Shown here one piece after another: positions 57,967 through 64,000 of a stretch of 64,000 nt of DNA; positions within the stretch are counted from its first letter, which is position 1; the number at the start of each line of letters is the position of its first letter. Both the position numbers and the translations under genes were made by a program. The notes beneath the pieces are model-generated. The model worked only from the letters and a program-made list of their open reading frames with translations. It was not told the DNA's origin and did no database searches. This stretch comes from a virus (lineage: Duplodnaviria > Caudoviricetes), in the IMG/VR virus record IMGVR_UViG_3300028854_000488. The stretch is one strand, 5' to 3'.

Positions 57967-58072
57967 ATATTAAAAAATATTAAATATCTATAATCCTTGA
58001 TAATATATGTATCAAGGATTTTTTTATTACTCTAAAATGTTGTATCTTTGTATTATAATTAAAAACAAAGAT

Positions 58073-58567
58073 ATGAAAAAAGAAACTCTATATCAGTTTG
58101 AAAATGTCGAAGACATTAAAAAATTCATAGTTGGCGGTAATGCTATTTTCACATTGGAAAGTAAAATAACTGGAAATTGGTTTACTTACAAAATTAAAAA
58201 AATGAAAGATGCTGATGAAAAATCACCATTATTTGTTTATGTTCTTACTGGAAGTGACAATGAAGGATCATATACTTATATGGGATCTATTTTTAATTAT
58301 GGTAAATTGATTTTTAAATTAACTCCAAAATCTAAAATTAAACAAGATGCATTATCTTATAAAGCATTTTCATTTTTCTTCAATTTATTGATGCTAAATC
58401 AAATTCATAAAGATATGGGAATTTATCATAAAGGAATTTGTGCAATATGCGGCAGAACGCTCACAACTCCGGAATCTTTAAAAAACGGAATAGGGAGCAC
58501 CTGTGCTGGTATTATTTCTACTAAGAATTCTATTAAAAATAAAAAATCTTTATCATATTCTTATTAA
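58073..58567 (+). CDS. DUF6011-like Zn-finger protein
   Basis: CAICGRTLTTPESLKNGIGSTCA; TATCTTTG -7 element at 58043. Confidence 0.8.
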   Translation: MKKETLYQFENVEDIKKFIVGGNAIFTLESKITGNWFTYKIKKMKDADEKSPLFVYVLTGSDNEGSYTYMGSIFNYGKLIFKLTPKSKIKQDALSYKAFSFFFNLLMLNQIHKDMGIYHKGICAICGRTLTTPESLKNGIGSTCAGIISTKNSIKNKKSLSYSY

Positions 58568-58588
58568 TTATTTTTAAATAATATAAAC

Positions 58589-58628
58589 AAAAAGTCGTTT
58601 TCTTTATAAAATAAGAAAACGACTTTTT
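58589..58628 (+). promoter_or_regulatory. Perfect 16-bp hairpin ending at the next ATG (terminator and/or start-occluding hairpin)
   Basis: AAAAAGTCGTTTTCTT-TATAAAAT-AAGAAAACGACTTTTT-ATG. Confidence 0.65.
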
Positions 58629-58838
58629 ATGTGGAAATACCTTATCATATTACTTTTCTTTAATGTAATATTATTTTTTATTTATAACTCATTCGGATTT
58701 GAATTGACAATTATATTTGCATTAGCGATCATATGTTCAACTCTTATTAATTCTACAATTTTTTCTAAAAAGAAAATAAATCCTAAAAAAATGCCTCAGC
58801 AGTTTTATACAACAAATAAAAAACAATTCAGGCTCTAA
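58629..58838 (+). CDS. Small two-TM membrane protein (holin-like candidate)
   Basis: Two hydrophobic helices, basic C-terminus. Confidence 0.45.
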   Translation: MWKYLIILLFFNVILFFIYNSFGFELTIIFALAIICSTLINSTIFSKKKINPKKMPQQFYTTNKKQFRL

Positions 58839-59509
58839 TGTTAAGAGATTATCAAGAATATGCATTATCTAATTTTATTAAAAATGATAAATCTATGTTT
58901 TTTTGGTCAAGACAAACAGGTAAAAGTTTTGTAATAAATAAAATGATAGAAAATTTTGTAATTAATAATAACGATAAAAAAATATTTTTTATTATTGATT
59001 ATAAAAAATATTTTCGTGATTTTATGTCAAAAATTAGAAATGATATAAATAATGTTGTTGTTAAATATAGTTCAAACAATATTAATTTCATAAATAATAA
59101 TAAATTAACATTTTGTTCTATTACAGATAATTTTTTTTCTATATTAACATCTTATAATCCAGAATTAATTGTAATCGATGGTTTTTCTAAAATAACTAAT
59201 GGAATTAATAACGTTCAATATTTAAATATGTTTATAAATATGGTTAGTAATAAATGCAAATGCAAATGTATATTTACTTTTGAATATAATATTAATATAA
59301 TTAAGACTTTAGATTATAAAAATGATTATTATATTAATATAATTCCATATGATATAAATGACACTTTGATGATAGATTCAAGCTATAAATTAAATTCTAA
59401 TATATTAAAAGATTTAAGTTATAAACCTTATGAGTTACTAGATTATTCTAATTTATCTTACATTAGGAAAAAGAAAATAAAAAAATTAAATAGTTTGAAT
59501 TCTATTTAA
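58838..59509 (+). CDS. Degenerate terminase-large-subunit-like ATPase fragment with RKxKI tail
   Basis: LRDYQ...WSRQTGKS; Walker B region eroded (IVIDGF). Confidence 0.55.
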   Translation: MLRDYQEYALSNFIKNDKSMFFWSRQTGKSFVINKMIENFVINNNDKKIFFIIDYKKYFRDFMSKIRNDINNVVVKYSSNNINFINNNKLTFCSITDNFFSILTSYNPELIVIDGFSKITNGINNVQYLNMFINMVSNKCKCKCIFTFEYNINIIKTLDYKNDYYINIIPYDINDTLMIDSSYKLNSNILKDLSYKPYELLDYSNLSYIRKKKIKKLNSLNSI

Positions 59510-59869
59510 TTTTTGAATTTTTTTTGCTCTTAGTATTATAGTTCTTTTTTTTGTCCATTCATTCATATTATCATATTTTTTACCATATATACAATAGCTG
59601 TTATAATAAAAACCAGTTGAACTATCTCTAATGCTATATGATGCTCTGTAGATATTATGTTCTTTTTTATTATGAATATATAATGTTTTTGTATTATATA
59701 TATTATGGGTTATAAATTTAATATCTTTTGATTTTTGATATTTTTTTGGAATTTTATACCAAAAATCATTAATAATATTACTATAAATTGAAAAATTATC
59801 ATTTTCATTATCATTTTCAATTACTAAATAGTTTATATCGTTTTCTATTTCTTTATATATTTTCTTCAT
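59486..59869 (-). CDS. Hypothetical protein with RxKKI tail
   Basis: Ends IILRAKKIQKLN. Confidence 0.5.
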   Translation of the reverse strand: MKKIYKEIENDINYLVIENDNENDNFSIYSNIINDFWYKIPKKYQKSKDIKFITHNIYNTKTLYIHNKKEHNIYRASYSIRDSSTGFYYNSYCIYGKKYDNMNEWTKKRTIILRAKKIQKLNRIQTI

Positions 59870-61595
59870 TTATTACTGAGAATGACATTTTTTTAGTTAT
59901 TTTTAAAATTCTATCAAAATAACTACTCATTGATGAACTTTCTGTGAAATATACTTTAGGATCTAATATAATAATATTTATATTAAATTCCTTGGTGAAA
60001 TCTTTTAATACTTTCAATGCGTATTCTACATTAATAGGACCCATGCTAGAAAATACTTCATCTAAAAATAAAATATTTAATTTTCTAAATTTTAATATTA
60101 GTTTTAGATACGATAGAGCAATTCCAATATTTATTTTTTTTGATTCCCCCATAGATAAACTTTCAGGATGTATTTCAGTAGTTAATCTCTCATATATTTT
60201 AACGTTAAAATTTTCATCTATTTTAACGTTATATGTAGATTTCATATCATCTAAAATTTCTTTTAAATAAACATTTATTGGTTTAACTATATTCTGAACA
60301 ATGCTTTTTCTAACTCCATTAGTTGAAAATATATATTTTAATTCTTCATAGATTTTATTTTTATTATTTAGTTCTATTATTTTATTATTATTTTTGATAT
60401 TATTATTTTTAAGTTCTTCAATATTTTTTTCTAATTCTACAATAGATATATGATCTGATGTATCTATTAAATCTGATATTTTTTTTGTTATTATTTTTAA
60501 CTCATATATTAAATTATTATATTTTGAACTGATTATATTTTTTTGATTATATAATGAATCTCTATCATTTGAAATTTGAGTTAATTTTAAAGTTAAACTA
60601 TCTTTTTTAGAATTTAATTTTTTAAAATTTTCTTTTTCTTTTATTAATTTATAATTAATATCACTCAAATCATGCTTGTGATTTTCATCACTTAAATCAG
60701 TATTACATAATGGACAAATACCTGATTCATATATCTCTAATTTTTCTTCTATATTTTTTATTTCAACTTTTATTTCTATAATATCATTTGATATTATATT
60801 TCTTTGATTTTCAAAGTCTTGTCTTTCTTGATCTAATTTTTTAAATTTATCATCATATGATAGTAATTCTTTCTTATAATTTATATATGGTTCTCTCTTT
60901 GAGTTTTTTTCTATTTCTAATTTCTCTCTTTCTTTTTCTTTATCTAATATTCCACTTCTCTTAATATTTATAATATTTTGATTTAATGTTTTAATTGTTT
61001 GCTCATTAGTTTCTATTATAGATATTAATTTTAATTCTTCTTCTTTATTTTGTTTGATTAATCCGTTATTTAAATTTAGATATTCATCTAAATTTTGCAA
61101 ATTGAATAATCTATTTATAATATTTCTTTTATCTTCTGGATTTAAGTCAATAAAATTTGCAAAATCAGATACTGACATTGAAATAAAACTTTTATAAGTA
61201 TCATAATCAAATCCTATTAATTTATCTCTATCTTCTTTTTTTAAATTTTTAAATTTTCTTGTTTCATCTATATCATTAATAAATACTTTTGCATGATTAG
61301 GTTCTAAACATCTCTGAATTCTAATAATATCAGACATATTATTAGTGAATTGTATTTCAGTTTCTAAATTTTTGTTAATTCTATTTGGAAGTATTTTTTG
61401 AGTTACTTTACTACCATTTTTTCCTCTTACTATACCAAAGAGAGAAAAATCAAATGATTGCTGAAAACTGCTTTTACCACCTCCATTTTCTGAAGATAAT
61501 AATATTAAATCAGAAGAATTTTCTTTAAATTCTATTGATTGAATATTGTTTCCAAATGATTTGAAATTTTTAAGTGAAATTGATTTAATTATCAT
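59853..61595 (-). CDS. SbcC/Rad50-like recombination ATPase (T4 gp46-like)
   Basis: Walker A ENGGGKSS, Zn hook CPLC, signature LSMGE, Walker B LFLDEVF. Confidence 0.93.
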   Translation of the reverse strand: MIIKSISLKNFKSFGNNIQSIEFKENSSDLILLSSENGGGKSSFQQSFDFSLFGIVRGKNGSKVTQKILPNRINKNLETEIQFTNNMSDIIRIQRCLEPNHAKVFINDIDETRKFKNLKKEDRDKLIGFDYDTYKSFISMSVSDFANFIDLNPEDKRNIINRLFNLQNLDEYLNLNNGLIKQNKEEELKLISIIETNEQTIKTLNQNIINIKRSGILDKEKEREKLEIEKNSKREPYINYKKELLSYDDKFKKLDQERQDFENQRNIISNDIIEIKVEIKNIEEKLEIYESGICPLCNTDLSDENHKHDLSDINYKLIKEKENFKKLNSKKDSLTLKLTQISNDRDSLYNQKNIISSKYNNLIYELKIITKKISDLIDTSDHISIVELEKNIEELKNNNIKNNNKIIELNNKNKIYEELKYIFSTNGVRKSIVQNIVKPINVYLKEILDDMKSTYNVKIDENFNVKIYERLTTEIHPESLSMGESKKINIGIALSYLKLILKFRKLNILFLDEVFSSMGPINVEYALKVLKDFTKEFNINIIILDPKVYFTESSSMSSYFDRILKITKKMSFSVINEENI

Positions 61596-61695
61596 GTATA
61601 ATTATATATGAACATAATAAAAAAGTTTTTAAATAAAAATGTTATTTTTGACAATTTGAACTTAAGTTTTTAAATATATAAATAAAAAATAAAAT

Positions 61696-62361
61696 ATGAA
61701 AACAACAAAAACATATTCAATTGATCAGACGCTATATGACGCATTTGATACATTAGCAACAGAAAAAAATATTAATAAAAGTTCTTTTTTCGAAGATGTT
61801 ATTAAAAAGTATTTAAAAGATAATAATTTAGAAATAATAGGAGAAGATTATCAATTAAAAAGTGATGATACTTATATTGTGACTGTATTATCTAGAAACG
61901 ATAAAATTTGTAATTTGAGTAATGGAGATAAAATTCAAAGAAGGTTATTTTATGATTTATTTAAACCAGTTATTGGAGTTGATCCTAATGAATTTTTTAG
62001 CCGTAGTGATAAAGTATTAGAAGAAGTATTTAATAAAGTTAAAACAATAAATCCAGATGATGTCGGAAATATTAATTGCGTTCCTACCAATGAACTTTAT
62101 AATAAAAGTTTATTTAATGAAATTAAACCAGATTCTGAGATAGAATCTATAATTACAGAATCAGATGATGATATAAAGGAATTATTTAAAATTAATTTTA
62201 ATTATAAAACAGAATATAGAAAATATAGTAAAAAAGAGATATGTGATATTATTATTAAATTAAAGAAATTGACATTTGAAAATGATACTTATTCAGATAA
62301 TTTAAGAAACTTGTTAGTAGATATTTATACAAATTATAAAGAAAACTTATTAATTGTATAA
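61696..62361 (+). CDS. Protein with N-terminal RHH-like domain
   Basis: TKTYSIDQTLYDAFDTLATEKNINKSSFFEDVIKKYL. Confidence 0.6.
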   Translation: MKTTKTYSIDQTLYDAFDTLATEKNINKSSFFEDVIKKYLKDNNLEIIGEDYQLKSDDTYIVTVLSRNDKICNLSNGDKIQRRLFYDLFKPVIGVDPNEFFSRSDKVLEEVFNKVKTINPDDVGNINCVPTNELYNKSLFNEIKPDSEIESIITESDDDIKELFKINFNYKTEYRKYSKKEICDIIIKLKKLTFENDTYSDNLRNLLVDIYTNYKENLLIV

Positions 62362-62392
62362 TATAAAAAAAGAGATTAAGTTTAATCTCTTT

Positions 62393-63160
62393 TTATTTCA
62401 TTTTTTCAAATCTCCATTTAAAATAATAATAATCATTATTTTCTATATGATAAGTATCTTCATTTACTTTTATTATAATATATGGTTTATTATTACTGTT
62501 AATATTATATCCTAAAATTTCAACTACTTTATTTTCATTTATTTCGTATAATTTACCAATATTGTTTTTTAATATAGTTTCATTTTTCATATTTTTATAA
62601 AAACCTTTTTCTGGAATAAACCATTTTTCTAATTTTTTGTAAAAATAATTACTTAATTTTAGTTTATATTCACTATCAATTCTATATAAATATTCTGGCT
62701 CAAAATATACTTCTGATTCAAGAGTTGGTCTTACTATTCCATTGTAATTCCTAAATACACCAAAGTATTCATTTTTGTCAAATTCAAATGATATAAACAC
62801 ATCTAATTTTAAACTAGTGTTCTCGTATATCCTTAAAATTTTAATTTTATCATATAATTCAATATCTTCCAAAAATGGATTACTATCTTTATAAATTAAA
62901 TCATTTTGACCACGTAATCCTTTTATAACTCTATCTAAGTTAGATACTAATCCAGATTGCCTTGCATAAAAATCAGTATAGGGACTGTCCTGATAATTAT
63001 AATATGATGCACTTGGGTCCTGAGCGAAAGCAAATTGACCACCTCCGCCAGCAGTTCCCATTGGTTCTATACCAAACTGAAATTGCTGGAACTCAGAGTC
63101 CTCTGTTATTAGGTTTACTTCATTTAAAAATGAATATCTACTATATTTAAATATTTTCAT
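62393..63160 (-). CDS. Hypothetical, probably virion-associated protein
   Basis: MKIFKYSRYSFLNE head; TATATAA promoter-like motif upstream. Confidence 0.55.
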   Translation of the reverse strand: MKIFKYSRYSFLNEVNLITEDSEFQQFQFGIEPMGTAGGGGQFAFAQDPSASYYNYQDSPYTDFYARQSGLVSNLDRVIKGLRGQNDLIYKDSNPFLEDIELYDKIKILRIYENTSLKLDVFISFEFDKNEYFGVFRNYNGIVRPTLESEVYFEPEYLYRIDSEYKLKLSNYFYKKLEKWFIPEKGFYKNMKNETILKNNIGKLYEINENKVVEILGYNINSNNKPYIIIKVNEDTYHIENNDYYYFKWRFEKMK

Positions 63161-63250
63161 AATGTTATATATAAATTTTTAAATTTATTATTTTAATATA
63201 TATTTAAAGGAATAAATAATTTTTATATATAAAGAAAAAAGAATATTTTT

Positions 63251-63742
63251 ATGTCAGAAGAATTAAGTAATAAAGAGAATAAGAAAGGAGTCAATAATGA
63301 TAAAGAATTAAATATTATTGAAAAATATAAATTTAATGATGATTCTACTGAGCTAATTACAGATTCTCCTACTGACTCATCAATTAAGAAAAATATTGAC
63401 GGTGATTTAATTAAAGATATATCATCTAAGGCACTTTATAAGAAAATTGAAAATAAAAAGCAAGAAAAAATGCCAGATGTCCAAAAAATTGATAATGTTG
63501 ATTCATCAGAAGTTAGAAATGAAAAAAAATATACGATTATGAAATCAAATAAAGAATTGTACGAATCTTTCATTAAAGAATTGAAATATTATTCGTTAAG
63601 TATCAATGAAGATGTTATTTATGATTCAAGTATAGATAAGTCTAAAGATTATCCTGTTAAATTTGAAAATGATTATTTTGTAATATTTGGTAAAAAATAT
63701 TCATATAATGGTTTAAAAATTAAAAAAATTAATATAAAATAA
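63251..63742 (+). CDS. Hypothetical protein
   Basis: ORF after TTTTTATATATA motif. Confidence 0.5.
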   Translation: MSEELSNKENKKGVNNDKELNIIEKYKFNDDSTELITDSPTDSSIKKNIDGDLIKDISSKALYKKIENKKQEKMPDVQKIDNVDSSEVRNEKKYTIMKSNKELYESFIKELKYYSLSINEDVIYDSSIDKSKDYPVKFENDYFVIFGKKYSYNGLKIKKINIK

Positions 63743-64000
63743 ATGAAATTTAAAAATATTCAAAGTCGTAAAGATTTTATAAAAATGAATGAAATATTTG
63801 GAGGAACTCAAGGAGGAGTTGGATCTAGAGATGGATTTGCTAATAATGCTGATTTGAAAGATACTTATTTAGGAAAATTAATGAATGGATTATTCAAAGG
63901 TTTAAGTTGGTTATGGAGAAAAAGTAAAGAAAATTTCATTATTAATAGATTAATTGCAAAATTAATTAATGAATTAATACGTGGTGTTATTGTATATTGT
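63743..64000 (+). CDS. Partial CDS running off the window
   Basis: MKFKNIQSRKDFIKMNEIFGG...; no stop before window end. Confidence 0.55.
   Translation, partial: MKFKNIQSRKDFIKMNEIFGGTQGGVGSRDGFANNADLKDTYLGKLMNGLFKGLSWLWRKSKENFIINRLIAKLINELIRGVIVYC

Noticed and set aside
624-62962. Short antisense ORFs in the track (e.g. 624, 2363, 4851, 5482, 6036, 9415, 14885, 19952, 24066, 33281, 35083, 35287, 36346, 38800, 43456, 45402, 45877, 47729, 48083, 50848, 59944, 62962)
   Set aside because: They lie opposite or inside well-supported genes or tRNAs and have shadow-ORF composition.
1-64000. Alternative genetic code (TAG or TGA recoding) as in some Bacteroidota megaphages
   Set aside because: Long conserved genes (pncB, pepF, gp46-like, primase) are intact in code 11, and TAG/TGA occur as ordinary stops.
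1-64000. CRISPR array, rRNA or group I intron
   Set aside because: No regularly spaced repeats with unique spacers, no rRNA-like sequence and no group I core recognised; the PolB break is explained by intein motifs.

Overview
Very AT-rich, gene-dense 64-kb segment of a large T4-like (myovirus) jumbo phage genome, read in the standard genetic code. It carries gp61-like primase, a PolB (gp43-like) C-terminal half fractured by a split intein, gp46-like ATPase and gp13-like neck protein. The host is probably in Bacteroidota, based on repeated TTTG-N19/20-TAnnTTTG promoters and an Hc1-like protein. The window contains a minus-strand cluster of seven tRNAs, five structurally non-canonical, and a separate 198-nt tRNA-like element. 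Metabolic and translation genes include mgsA, pncA, pncB, smpB, infC, pepF, a (p)ppGpp-hydrolase-like HD protein, CYTH and GT9. There are also two DNA methyltransferases, many free-standing homing-type endonucleases and many small ORFs sharing terminal peptide motifs. Top candidate novelty: a trp-style translational attenuator directly upstream of the tRNA operon. Its 35-aa leader peptide has 17 of 19 consecutive codons for exactly the amino acids served by the downstream tRNAs (Ser, Lys, His, Phe, Trp), suggesting the phage senses host tRNA depletion and switches on its own atypical tRNAs. All calls are by eye from motifs; no database searches or folding programs were run.
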